Assembly: GCA_963796685.1 (NCBI GenBank)
Contig: CAWCMR010000010.1
Location: forward strand, 64,001 to 128,000
Origin: an uncultured delta proteobacterium
GTDB lineage: Bacteria > Myxococcota_A > Polyangia > Fen-1088
Reading direction: 5' to 3'
DNA: 64,000 nt
Part shown: one piece after another, positions 19,410 through 29,180 of the stretch
How the letters are laid out: every line of letters starts with the position of its first letter
Position numbering within the stretch: the stretch's first letter is position 1
Made by a program: the position numbers and the translations under genes
Notes under the pieces: generated by a model
What the model was told of the DNA's origin: nothing
The model's database searches: none
Seen by the model: the letters and a program-made list of their open reading frames with translations, nothing else

Positions 19410-19763
19410 ATGCCGCTCCTCAACTTGTTTTCGTCCGCCAAGCAGCCCGACGAAGCCGCGCTGGCGCAAATGTTCAAGTCGTTTTCCGCGCTGCTTGCCC
19501 GCGAGCTCGGCAAACCCGAACGCTACGTGATGGTAGGCCTGGTGCCCCGCTTGGAAATGAGCTTCGCGGGCAGCCGAGAGCCCGCCTGCTACGCCGAGCT
19601 GAAGAACGTGGGGCGGCTCGCCGACGACAAGGTCGAGCATCTCTCGCAGGTATTGTGCGAGGCCATCGCCAAGGCCTTGTCCCTGCCCCAGGACCGCATC
19701 TACATCGAGTTCACGAATGCCGACGGGGCGCTGTGGGGCTTCGACGGCGGGACCTTCGGCTGA
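19410..19763 (+). CDS. MIF/phenylpyruvate tautomerase family protein
   Basis: N-terminal Pro (MPLL), LGKPERYVMV, DRIYIEF, WGFDGGTF. Confidence 0.9.
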   Translation: MPLLNLFSSAKQPDEAALAQMFKSFSALLARELGKPERYVMVGLVPRLEMSFAGSREPACYAELKNVGRLADDKVEHLSQVLCEAIAKALSLPQDRIYIEFTNADGALWGFDGGTFG

Positions 19764-19800
19764 GCGTGTGCCGCTCGTCGGCGGAGGCGCAGAGCGCGCA

Positions 19801-21357
19801 ATGAAGCGATTCCTGAGGCGCTACTACGCCCTCCTCATCGCCGCGGCCGTGCTCGTGCTGCACGCCCACCTTTTCGACTTCGTCACCGACGACGCCTACA
19901 TCTCGTTCCGGTACGCGCGCAACTTGGCCCTGTCGGGCCAATTGGTGTTCAACCTGGGCGAGCGCGTGGAGGGCTACACCAATTTTCTGTGGACCGTGCT
20001 GCTCGCCCTGGGCATCAAGCTGGGGATCGGCCCGGTGGAGCTGTCGCGTTTTCTTGGCGTGGCCTTCGGCATCGCCACGCTGGCGGTGGTGGTGCGCATG
20101 TCGCTCCGCCTTGCCGGGGAGCGGCCTTCGCGCTGGCACGTGGTCGCGCCCCTGCTGCTTGCGAGTATGGGCGCGTATGCCTGCTGGTGCAGCGGCGGTC
20201 TCGAAACGCAGATGTTCACCTTCCTCGCGACCCTCGGCTTCGATCTCGTGCTCGCCGAAGTCACCATGGGCAAGGGCTGCGCCAGCGCGGTGGCCCTTGC
20301 CTTTGCCGCCATGACCCGGCCCGAGGGCGTGATGTTCTTCGCGCTGGCGGCGCTGTTTCGCCTCGTGACCAACCTGCGGCGCGAGCGCCGCCTGCTGCCG
20401 CGTCGATTCGAGCTAGCCTGGCTGGGGCTCTTCCTCGCGCTGTTCGCGCCGTACTTCGCTTGGCGTTGGCGCTACTACGGCTGGCCGTTTCCCAACACCT
20501 TCTATGTGAAATCGTCGGGCGTTTCGGGCACCTGGAAGCTGGGCGTGTACTACTTGCGGCGTTTCAGCGAGGACTACGGCGTTCACTTCCTGATTCTGCT
20601 CGCCATGTTCGGGCGGGCCGCGCGTGACGATCTGCGCCGTCGGGATCTGCGTCTGCTCACCGCCCTGGTGTGGCTCGCCTTCGCGGCCTACACCGTGAAG
20701 GTCGGCGGCGACTTCATGGGACTTTACCGCTTCATCTTGCCCATCGTTCCTCTCGGGGCGGTGGTGCTCGCCGAGTCCGTCCGTCGGATCTATGCAGGCT
20801 TGCGCCCACACTTCGGTGCTTGGGTCTCCGGCGTGGCGCTTGCCGCGGTCGGTGCCGGGTTCTTCCTCGGCAGCGCGCACACGAGCAAGGTGGCGCTGAC
20901 CTTCGTCGGCGCGGACAACGGCATCGACATGCCCGCCTATCTCAAGCACTACGCGGAAGAGCGCATCCCGGTCGGGCAGTGGCTGGGCCTCTACGGGCGC
21001 CCGGACGACCTCATGACCGTCGGCGGCGCCGGCGTCATTCCCTACTATTCCGGGATTCGGGCCTACGATGTCTTCGGCCTGGTGGACGCCACCATCGCCC
21101 ACGATCCGCACATGACCACCTCGAACCGGCCCGGCCACGAAAAGTGGGGCAGCGACCAATACATGCTGTCGCGCAGACCCACGCTGATTACGCACAGGTA
21201 CTGCCTTGGGGGCTCCTGTCCGATCGACAATGGGTGGACACCGCCAGGGTACGAGTGGGTCCGCGCCACCACCTCTTTGCCAGGGCAGAGCCTTTCCTAC
21301 TACAGCTTCCTCAAACGCCGCGATCGCGCCTTCGGACCCTTTCCCGCCGTGCCATAG
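19801..21357 (+). CDS. GT-C-like polytopic membrane glycosyltransferase
   Basis: DDAYISFRYARNL, ERVEGYTNFLW, GLET, TRPEG, PNTFYVK. Confidence 0.8.
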   Translation: MKRFLRRYYALLIAAAVLVLHAHLFDFVTDDAYISFRYARNLALSGQLVFNLGERVEGYTNFLWTVLLALGIKLGIGPVELSRFLGVAFGIATLAVVVRMSLRLAGERPSRWHVVAPLLLASMGAYACWCSGGLETQMFTFLATLGFDLVLAEVTMGKGCASAVALAFAAMTRPEGVMFFALAALFRLVTNLRRERRLLPRRFELAWLGLFLALFAPYFAWRWRYYGWPFPNTFYVKSSGVSGTWKLGVYYLRRFSEDYGVHFLILLAMFGRAARDDLRRRDLRLLTALVWLAFAAYTVKVGGDFMGLYRFILPIVPLGAVVLAESVRRIYAGLRPHFGAWVSGVALAAVGAGFFLGSAHTSKVALTFVGADNGIDMPAYLKHYAEERIPVGQWLGLYGRPDDLMTVGGAGVIPYYSGIRAYDVFGLVDATIAHDPHMTTSNRPGHEKWGSDQYMLSRRPTLITHRYCLGGSCPIDNGWTPPGYEWVRATTSLPGQSLSYYSFLKRRDRAFGPFPAVP

Positions 21358-21424
21358 CTACGACAGTCGATGTCAGCATCTCGTTGCCAAAAATCGCAAG
21401 GAGATCGCATATGATGGAAAGCGA

Positions 21425-22900
21425 ATGGCGCGTCTCTCTTCGCCAGCGACCACGGACATCGGCGGCAAGGCCCTGCAAAGGACCTTGATCGACGATCGCG
21501 ACGATTCCAGCTTGAAGACCGAGCTGTGGTTGACGGTGGTCGAACAGAAGGAATCGCGCATGATGCCCATGCCGGAATCCGGCGAGCTCACCATCGGCCG
21601 CGCCGAGGACTGCGACATCATCCTCGACAATCCCTCGGTTTCGCGCAACCACGCCGTGCTCAAGATCGCGAACGGGGCGGTCACGGTCAAGGACATGGAC
21701 AGCGCCAATGGCACGCGCATCGGCGGCAAACGCCTGCCGCCCGATGGAGAGGGACCGGTGCCGCCGGGGGTCGCCATTCTCATCGGCGGTGCCTCCTTGG
21801 TGGTTCACCAACTCGCCAGCGTCCAAAGCTTCGAGCGGCCGGGTCGAGAGGGAAACTCGGCCGTGCGCGAAGTGATCATGGCCACCGAGCACATTCGCGC
21901 GCTCAAATCGGGGAAGACGTCGGCCGCGGACACGCCCTTCGGCGGTCTCGTGGTGGAGTCCCTGGCGATGCGCAAGCTGTTCGAGCTTGTCGACCGCATC
22001 GCGCCAGGAACCATCGCGGTGCTCCTGACGGGCGAAACCGGGGTGGGCAAGGAAGTGGTCGCCGCCGCCATTCACGATCGTTCGCCACGGCGGTTGCAGC
22101 CGTACTTGCGACTCAACTGCTCGGCCTTTGCCGAGAACCTTCTCGAAAGCGAGCTGTTCGGACACGAGGCCGGCGCCTTCAGCGGCGCGCGCGCGGCCAA
22201 GCCGGGTCTTTTCGAAACCGCCAACGGCGGCACCGTGCTGCTCGACGAGATCGGCGAGATGTCGTTGCCCATTCAGGCCAAGCTTCTGCGCGTGATCGAA
22301 ACCCACGAGGTGATACCCATCGGGGGTACGCGCGTGCGCAAGCTGGACGTGCGCTTCATCTCCGCCACCAACCGCGATCTGCATGAGCGCATCCGCAAGG
22401 GACTCTTCCGCGAGGATCTCTATTTTCGCCTGAGCGGCGTTTCGGTGGAAGTGCCGCCCTTGCGTGCCCGACGGTCGGAGATCTCGCCTCTGGCCAAATT
22501 GTTCGCGACGGAGGCCGCGGAGGCGCTCGGACGCAAGGCCGTTCCGGACCTGGCTCCGGACGCGTTGCGCTTCCTCGAAGAACAACCGTGGCCCGGCAAC
22601 GTCCGGGAGTTGCGCAATTGCGTGGAGCGCGCGGTCCTGGTTTCGAGCTCGAACACGCTGACCGTCGAGGATGTCGATCCGAATCGCCAGACCTCGCTAG
22701 CCCGCAAGACCGGAAAGCCGATGCAGATCGTCGCGTCTCGTGCCCCGGGAACCTCGGAATCGGCGGAGCTCGAACAGATTCGCGAGGCTTTGTCGCTGTG
22801 CGCTGGGAACCAGACGCGGGCGGCGGCGTTGCTGGGAATTGCGCGCCGAACCTTGGTCAGGAAGCTCGCGACCATGGGCCTGCCTCGTCCGCGCGGTTAG
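21425..22900 (+). CDS. FHA-domain sigma54-dependent activator
   Basis: IGR...SVSRNHA...DSANGT FHA; GETGVGKE, GAFSGA, LDEIGE, WPGNVREL; GNQTRAAALLGI HTH. Confidence 0.93.
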   Translation: MARLSSPATTDIGGKALQRTLIDDRDDSSLKTELWLTVVEQKESRMMPMPESGELTIGRAEDCDIILDNPSVSRNHAVLKIANGAVTVKDMDSANGTRIGGKRLPPDGEGPVPPGVAILIGGASLVVHQLASVQSFERPGREGNSAVREVIMATEHIRALKSGKTSAADTPFGGLVVESLAMRKLFELVDRIAPGTIAVLLTGETGVGKEVVAAAIHDRSPRRLQPYLRLNCSAFAENLLESELFGHEAGAFSGARAAKPGLFETANGGTVLLDEIGEMSLPIQAKLLRVIETHEVIPIGGTRVRKLDVRFISATNRDLHERIRKGLFREDLYFRLSGVSVEVPPLRARRSEISPLAKLFATEAAEALGRKAVPDLAPDALRFLEEQPWPGNVRELRNCVERAVLVSSSNTLTVEDVDPNRQTSLARKTGKPMQIVASRAPGTSESAELEQIREALSLCAGNQTRAAALLGIARRTLVRKLATMGLPRPRG

Positions 22901-23052
22901 CGCGGCCGGGGAATGGGGACCACCAGGCCGGATCTCAATTGGGATCAAGTTGGGATCGCGCAGATTGAGATCGCTGGCGCTCCGCGGGACGTAAGGCCGC
23001 GAAATCACGTGCGGTCGCGCGTGGCATGGTGAGTGCAAGGTAAGAGGCCATC

Positions 23053-23259
23053 ATGATTCCATGCTGCTTCGCCATCATCCCCGACCGTTCGCATCAACCC
23101 CTCGCCTTGTTTGCCGATCTGCAAGACGCGATGGACTGGGGGCTGAGTCGGCTGGGCGGCAATGCCTTCCGCATCAAGTACATCTCCATCGCTCGCATCG
23201 AGAGCGAGGACGCAGCTCCGACTTCCGTCGAACACGAACCTCACCTAATGCGGTCCTAG
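23053..23259 (+). CDS. small hypothetical protein
   Basis: 68-aa ORF with AGAGG upstream and GC3-biased codons. Confidence 0.55.
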   Translation: MIPCCFAIIPDRSHQPLALFADLQDAMDWGLSRLGGNAFRIKYISIARIESEDAAPTSVEHEPHLMRS

Positions 23260-23410
23260 ACTAACTCCTAGACTAGTTGCCTGAGGCTCGTCAGGTCAGG
23301 GCCCGGGCGTTGCCGACGCCTCCTCATCACTGGCCCTTTCCTGGCGAGACCTTAGCTTAGATTGGCATGGCCGGTTGCACCGGCGGCCAGCTTGGGCATG
23401 ATGGCCCCGC

Positions 23411-25372
23411 GTGGTTGTGCTGCTCCTGCTCTTCGTGGCTGGGCGCTGCCTCGTCCCGATGGACGAGACGGACGTCTTCTTCAATTTGCGCCTGGGCGAG
23501 ATCGTGCTCGGCGGCGCGCGCGTGCCCACGGAAAATCTGCTCTCCTTCACGCATCCCCACGCCACCGACATCAACCTGGCGTGGCTGTTTCAGATCGCCC
23601 TTGCCCTGGCCCATCGCGCGGCCGGGCTGCCGGGGACGGTGGTGCTCAAGACCGTTTTCGTGTTGGCCACATGGGCTCTGCTTTATCGGGTGGCCGTGAG
23701 GCGAGGCGCTGCTCCCGCGCCGCTCGCGCTCGCTTTGGCCCTCGCCGCATGGGCCGCCGAGCCGCGTTTCGTCGAACGTCCCCACCTGGTCACGTTCCTG
23801 GGGCTGGCGGCTGTCTTGCTGGCCCTCGAGCGCGCCGAGGCCAAGCGGCCGCGGATGCTTTGGCTGCTCGTGCCCGGCGGGCTTCTGTGGGCCAACGCCA
23901 ACTCGTGCTACTTCCTTGCCCCGACGCTGCTCCTACTCTACGCGCTTGGGGCCTGGCGAGACGGGCTTGCGGCCGAGGCGCGCCGAGGGGTGAAGGTGGC
24001 GCTGGCCATGGTTCCATTCATTTTCGCCACGCCGTCGGGGTTTCGCGCCCTGACCTACATCGCGAACCACTTCCGCATGCCGTACCTGCGGCCGTTGCAG
24101 GAGTATCGGCACGCGCAGTGGCCGCTCGACGGGCCGTTCTTCTTCTTGGCGGCAGGCCTGCTCTTGGCATCTGTGCTGCCGCTAGTGTATCGACGCTTGC
24201 CCACCTTGGTTCCCACGCGCGTGCTTCTGCCCTGCGCGGCGCTGGCAGTGCTGGGCGGGCTGCGCATTCGCTTCGTCGCCGAATTCGCCATGCTCGCGGG
24301 ACCGGCCCTGGCGGTTGCGTTCACGCGCCTGGCCCCTCGGCTTGCCGGTCGCTGGGCGGCCGGGATCGCGGGCGGGGTGCTCGTCGCTTTGACCGTGGTG
24401 CCGCGCCTGGTCGCGGGCGCCGAGGGCGGGCGGGTCTTCGACCTCGGTCTGGAAGCGGATCTCGTGCCCCTGGCCGCCGTGGACTTCGTCGAGAAGAGCG
24501 GACTGCGCGAGCGCATGTACAACGATCTCGAGGTCGGCTCGTACCTGACCTGGCGCGGCTGGCCACGCTTCCGCGTGTTTCAGGATCCGCGTATCAACGG
24601 CTACCCCGATTCGTTCCATGCGATCCTGCGTCGGGCCGACCTCTCGCGCGCCGAGTGGCAGCGTTTGCTCGACGGCTTTGGCGTGACCTCCGCGCTCGTG
24701 ACCTATCCCTCGGTCAATCCGCGCGGAGCACTCTTCGCTCCCGGACTGTGGGCCCTGGTCTACCGCGCGAACGACGGCCTGGTCTTCGTTCGCCGGCCGG
24801 TGCGCGACGGCCTGCCCGAGATTCCGCTGACCTTCACCTATTCCCCGGCGACTGGCCTTTCGGTCGCCCCGCTCCTTGAACCGCCCGTCGGCGTCCACGT
24901 GTCCCTTTGCGAATGGCGGTCTCGTTTGGGCGACTACTATCGCCTCGCCGGAGACGCTCGCTCCGCGCTTGGCCGCTACGTGTCCGCCATGCGCGACGAG
25001 GGTGCTCCCCCATGTGTCCTGGCCGCGCGCGAATCGGCCGGGATGCTCGCCTTGCAGCTTGGGGATCCTGCCCAAGCGGCAGAGTGGCTCGCTGGCGCGA
25101 CCGGCCCGGTGGCCAGAACCAATCATGGATTCGCCTTGCTCGGGCTCGGCCATGCCGCGGATGCGCTCGCCGACTTCGATGCCGTGCTCGCCGCCGAAAG
25201 CCGCAACGACGAGGCAACCTTCGGCCGTGGCCTGTCTCTCGTCGCGCTCGGCCGCGCCAGCCTGGCGGCCTCAGCCTTCGAGGCCCTGCTCGCGCGTTCG
25301 CCCAACCACCTGTCCGCACCCGCGGCCAGGCTGGAGCTCGCGCGCCTGCGCGGGGGAGCCGGAAAAAGGTAG
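23411..25372 (+). CDS. GT-C-like membrane protein with C-terminal TPRs
   Basis: DVFFNLRLG, ERPHL, LWANAN, GSYLTW, FQDPR; TPR-like C-terminus. Confidence 0.7.
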   Translation: MVVLLLLFVAGRCLVPMDETDVFFNLRLGEIVLGGARVPTENLLSFTHPHATDINLAWLFQIALALAHRAAGLPGTVVLKTVFVLATWALLYRVAVRRGAAPAPLALALALAAWAAEPRFVERPHLVTFLGLAAVLLALERAEAKRPRMLWLLVPGGLLWANANSCYFLAPTLLLLYALGAWRDGLAAEARRGVKVALAMVPFIFATPSGFRALTYIANHFRMPYLRPLQEYRHAQWPLDGPFFFLAAGLLLASVLPLVYRRLPTLVPTRVLLPCAALAVLGGLRIRFVAEFAMLAGPALAVAFTRLAPRLAGRWAAGIAGGVLVALTVVPRLVAGAEGGRVFDLGLEADLVPLAAVDFVEKSGLRERMYNDLEVGSYLTWRGWPRFRVFQDPRINGYPDSFHAILRRADLSRAEWQRLLDGFGVTSALVTYPSVNPRGALFAPGLWALVYRANDGLVFVRRPVRDGLPEIPLTFTYSPATGLSVAPLLEPPVGVHVSLCEWRSRLGDYYRLAGDARSALGRYVSAMRDEGAPPCVLAARESAGMLALQLGDPAQAAEWLAGATGPVARTNHGFALLGLGHAADALADFDAVLAAESRNDEATFGRGLSLVALGRASLAASAFEALLARSPNHLSAPAARLELARLRGGAGKR

Positions 25373-25381
25373 ACTGTCTTC

Positions 25382-27042
25382 GTGTCCCGTCCTTTCGCTC
25401 GTCGAGGTCCATGGTTGAGGCTTCTCGGGCTGCTCCTGGTGGCGGGGCTGGTCGTCGCGTGCATCGCGGAGCTGGCGCGCGCGGCGCCGACCGATTTCGA
25501 TGACGCATACATGTACCTGCGCTACGCCGAGCACCTGCTCGCCGGGCAGGGCATGGCGTGGAACGCGGGCGAGGCTTCCGTCTACGGCGTCACCAGCCTG
25601 CTGCATCTGGCCGCTGTCGTGGTCGTGAAGATCGTCTTTCCCTGGCTCGCTCCTGCGGCGGTGCTGCAGGTGGCTTCGGGAGGCGCCGCGGTGGCCTTTC
25701 TGGCCGCCATGATCGGGCTCGCGGCCTTGCTCGGCCGCCACGAGCGCCTGGCTGGCAACTGGATCTTCTGGGCCGCGATCCTGTTGCCGCTGCTGGCGTT
25801 TCGCGAGGCCTTCGTTTTTCACGCCAGCACCGGCATGGACACCATGATCTCCGCGCTGGCCAACGGCGTGCTCGTGTTCTGCTCGCTGCGATTCGCGTCC
25901 GCGCCGAACGGATCGCGGGCAGTGGTGGCGGCGCTGGCCTCGTTGCTGGCCGTTCTCGCCCGGCCCGACAATTTGCCCTGCGCGCTTCTTTGCCCGGTCT
26001 TGGCGGTGTGGCTTCTCGCGCCCCGACCCAAGGCGAAGTCGATCGTCCTGTTCGCCGCCCTGGCTGGCGGACTGCTCGCGGCGCTCGCCCTTGCCCAAAG
26101 GGCGCTGCTCGGGTCGGTCTTGCCGCTTTCCTTCTTCGCCAAGCAGCCTTGGTACTACCGCGGCTTCGCCGGCGAGTTTGCCTGGAATCCGTTCCTCTTT
26201 CTCGGGGTCTTCGCGCTGTCGGCTTGGCCGTTCGTCGGGGTGTTGATCCTGTTCGCGGATGGTCGGGGGCTGCGTCGTGCGGCCGCCTTGCTCGTCCCCG
26301 TGCTCGCGACCTTCGCGGTGTTGTTCAGATTCAACCAGATCATGGGTCATCTTGGCCGCTTCTACTATCCCTTCCTGCCCTTCTTCGTCGCGGCCGGGGC
26401 GCTCGAATTCGATGCGTGGATGAGCCGGACGCGCGCGCTTCGCGAGGTCCGCCCGGCGGCGATGCTGTGGCGAGCGGGGCTGGCCGCCGCGGTGACCCTG
26501 CTCGGCATCGTGTCGCTGTCGACCGCGGCCCAAGCCTACGCCAGTCGTGCACGAACCCAGCGATTCGCCGCCACGGACGGTTTTCACACCAGGGCGCAGG
26601 CGTCTCTGCCCGAGATCGATTCCTGGCAGGCAGCGCATGCCGTCGCGGAGATGGCCAGGGCGGCACCTGCCGGCGTCAGCTTTGCCATGTCCGAGCACGG
26701 CCTGCCCGGCGCCTTGGCGCCGCAGGCGACGATCATCGACGTGCTGGGACTGCACGATTCGTACTTCGCGCACCACGGGTTCTCCACGGCCGAGTCTTTC
26801 GCCGCCAGCCCGATGTCCTGTGGCTGCCTCACGCCGATCACACGCAAATGGTGCGCGACATCCTCGACAGCGACGATTTCTGGAGCCACTACGCCTTTTA
26901 TCCGGATGCCTTCTTCTACGGCATCGCCCTGCGCATCGACGGACCCCACTTCGCGCGCCTCGCCGAGTTGCTGTCGGAGCAGTGGCGAATCGCCTACCCT
27001 GGTTCGACCATGGCCGACTACCAGGCCGTGCGCGGAAATTGA
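25382..27042 (+). CDS. GT-C-like membrane glycosyltransferase, frameshift near 26793
   Basis: DDAYMYLRYA, GMDT, ARPD, IIDVLGL; C-terminus (VFRRQPDVLWLPH...) continues in another frame. Confidence 0.72.
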
Positions 27043-27060
27043 TCCGGCGCCACGGGTTCG

Positions 27061-28335
27061 CTACCCGTTGCGGTTCGCGTGCAGGACCAAAGCCTGGGCA
27101 GGCCGAAGGTCGTAGTGAAACGGCGCGGGTATATGGTGCATGCGGCTCTCGGGCGACAGATCCGCGAGTGGGGTGCCGGTCTGTACGAACCCGGCGAGGT
27201 TGTCGCAGTGGAAGGTATGCGTGCCGTGCAGGTCGCGATTCACGATGAGAAGGATCTCCTCGCGCGTGTGCGCGGAGCCCTTCCACAGCACAAGGACGTT
27301 GTCGTTCCCGGATACCTGCACCTCGACCGGCGATTCTTCCTGGAAGATGGGGTGCGACGTCTTGATGGCGTTCACCTGCTTGATGTACGGGCGAAGATCG
27401 ACGCCGGTATTCTCCCAGTCCTCGGGCCGCGTGCGCACGACGTGCAGGCGACGGCGGAACCCGAACTCGAAGCCCATCGGCATCATGACCGCGGCAGAGA
27501 AGAGCGCGCTCACCAGGTAGCGCTGCTTGCAAGCCTCGATGTGGCCGTGCAACTCTTCGGCGAGCCTCGGGGTATCGTGACTTTCGGCGAAGCTCACGGA
27601 GGGGACGATGTCGCGCGTGATGGCATATTGCTTGGTCAACCAGGTCCCGCGGAAATCCCACCACTTCAGGCTGTTGAATACGTAGTCGAAGCCCGCCGCG
27701 GCCGTGCGCAAGGCGTTGTCGAGCGGACACCCCAAGGTTTCGGCGAGGAAGATCGCATCGGGGTGAGCTGCCTTGGTCTCGCCGATGAGTCGGGACCAAA
27801 ACGAAGTCGGAATTTGATAGGCGGCATCGCAGCGGAAGGCCCGAAAGCCTCGTGCGTAGAGTCCATCGACCACGCCGCGGAAGAAACGATACAGGCTGTC
27901 CGGGGCCTGGGTGTGGCGATGGTCGAACTGGGCCAGGTCGCCCCACACGATCTTCTTGCCGTTTTCCCGGCAGGAGGGATGGGCGACGCGGCCGGCTCCT
28001 TCCCAGACGAACCACTCGGGATGACGCTTCACCAACGGCGAATCCGCCGCGCAGTGGTTGGCCACCAGATCGATCATCAGCTGCAACCCGAGGGCGCGGG
28101 CGGCGTCGACCGCGGTCTGCAGCTGTGCTTCGGGATCGAGCGCGCTGTGCGGGTCGAGCAGCCGGGGATCCAGGGCGTCGTAATCGGCGATGGAGTACAG
28201 GCTTTGCGACTTGCCCGAGCGTTGAATGGGATTGACGAAGATCCAGGAAAAACCCATGGCCGCGGCGCGTTCCAGGTGTTTGGCCCAGCCCAGGAAGGGG
28301 CCGGCCAGGAGCGGGAACAGGTTGTAGACGAGCAT
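27061..28335 (-). CDS. GH13 alpha-amylase family protein
   Basis: MIDLVANH, GFRAFRCDAA, FLAETLG, ESHDTPR: the four GH13 conserved regions. Confidence 0.9.
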   Translation of the reverse strand: MLVYNLFPLLAGPFLGWAKHLERAAAMGFSWIFVNPIQRSGKSQSLYSIADYDALDPRLLDPHSALDPEAQLQTAVDAARALGLQLMIDLVANHCAADSPLVKRHPEWFVWEGAGRVAHPSCRENGKKIVWGDLAQFDHRHTQAPDSLYRFFRGVVDGLYARGFRAFRCDAAYQIPTSFWSRLIGETKAAHPDAIFLAETLGCPLDNALRTAAAGFDYVFNSLKWWDFRGTWLTKQYAITRDIVPSVSFAESHDTPRLAEELHGHIEACKQRYLVSALFSAAVMMPMGFEFGFRRRLHVVRTRPEDWENTGVDLRPYIKQVNAIKTSHPIFQEESPVEVQVSGNDNVLVLWKGSAHTREEILLIVNRDLHGTHTFHCDNLAGFVQTGTPLADLSPESRMHHIPAPFHYDLRPAQALVLHANRNG

Positions 28336-28349
28336 TTTTCGCGACGAGC

Positions 28350-29180
28350 TCACGGGCCGCCTCCCGCGCTTTCTTGCGCCTGCAGGGCCAGCAAGCGATC
28401 GCGAGCCGTGACCAAGAGCGTGGGGGGCGTGGGCCACTGTTCGAGGATCATCGAGCCGGTGTAGTTTCGTCGTCGCAAGCGCCGGAGCACCCCGACGACG
28501 CCAGAAGGATCCCGGCTGGCCGGGCCGGTAAACAGGGTCAGGTGCTTGTCGCCGTCACCCCAGTTCTCGTGCAGATGGGCATGGACGATGGGCACGTGCG
28601 CGGCCAGCCCGTCGAGGTAGGCCAGGTAGTCGTTTCGGGTCTTGCAGTAGAGATTGGCGTGACCGATATCGAGACACAGGCCGATGTGTCGGGCGCGTGC
28701 CGCATCCAGGTCTTGCAAGCACGCAAACACCCGGTTGACGTCCTCGGGCCCGGTGAAGACGGTGTTTTCCAGGGCCAACGTGATGCCATCTCGTGCCAGT
28801 GTATCCACCAGCGACAAGGTCGCCCGACAATAGGACTCGACGGGGTCGGGAACCAAATGGATGTTCAACACGCGGGCGCCGACATCGCGAGCGAGATCGA
28901 TGTCGCGCGACAGCTTGGCGCGGGCACCTTCCCCGCCCAGGCCGGATTCGAGAGCCGCGTGGACGCTGAGGCGCAGGTGGCGGACGGATGCGGTGGCGCG
29001 CAGGAACGCGCGCTCGTCCGCGCCGATGTCCTCGGCCGACCAACCCCGGCCGTGCGGCCCGCCGTCGGGGAAGAGCTCGAAGGCGTCGAAGCCTTGCTCG
29101 ACCGCGAACACGAAAGGATCGCGCACCGGCGCGAAGAACGCGGTCTGGTTGCCGATGCAGGGGCGACGCGTTTCAACCAT
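28350..29180 (-). CDS. xylose isomerase/AP endonuclease 2-like TIM-barrel metalloenzyme
   Basis: LSVHA, LNIH, LALENT, CLDIGHA, HLHEN..D.H, ILEQ metal ligands. Confidence 0.85.
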   Translation of the reverse strand: MVETRRPCIGNQTAFFAPVRDPFVFAVEQGFDAFELFPDGGPHGRGWSAEDIGADERAFLRATASVRHLRLSVHAALESGLGGEGARAKLSRDIDLARDVGARVLNIHLVPDPVESYCRATLSLVDTLARDGITLALENTVFTGPEDVNRVFACLQDLDAARARHIGLCLDIGHANLYCKTRNDYLAYLDGLAAHVPIVHAHLHENWGDGDKHLTLFTGPASRDPSGVVGVLRRLRRRNYTGSMILEQWPTPPTLLVTARDRLLALQAQESAGGGP

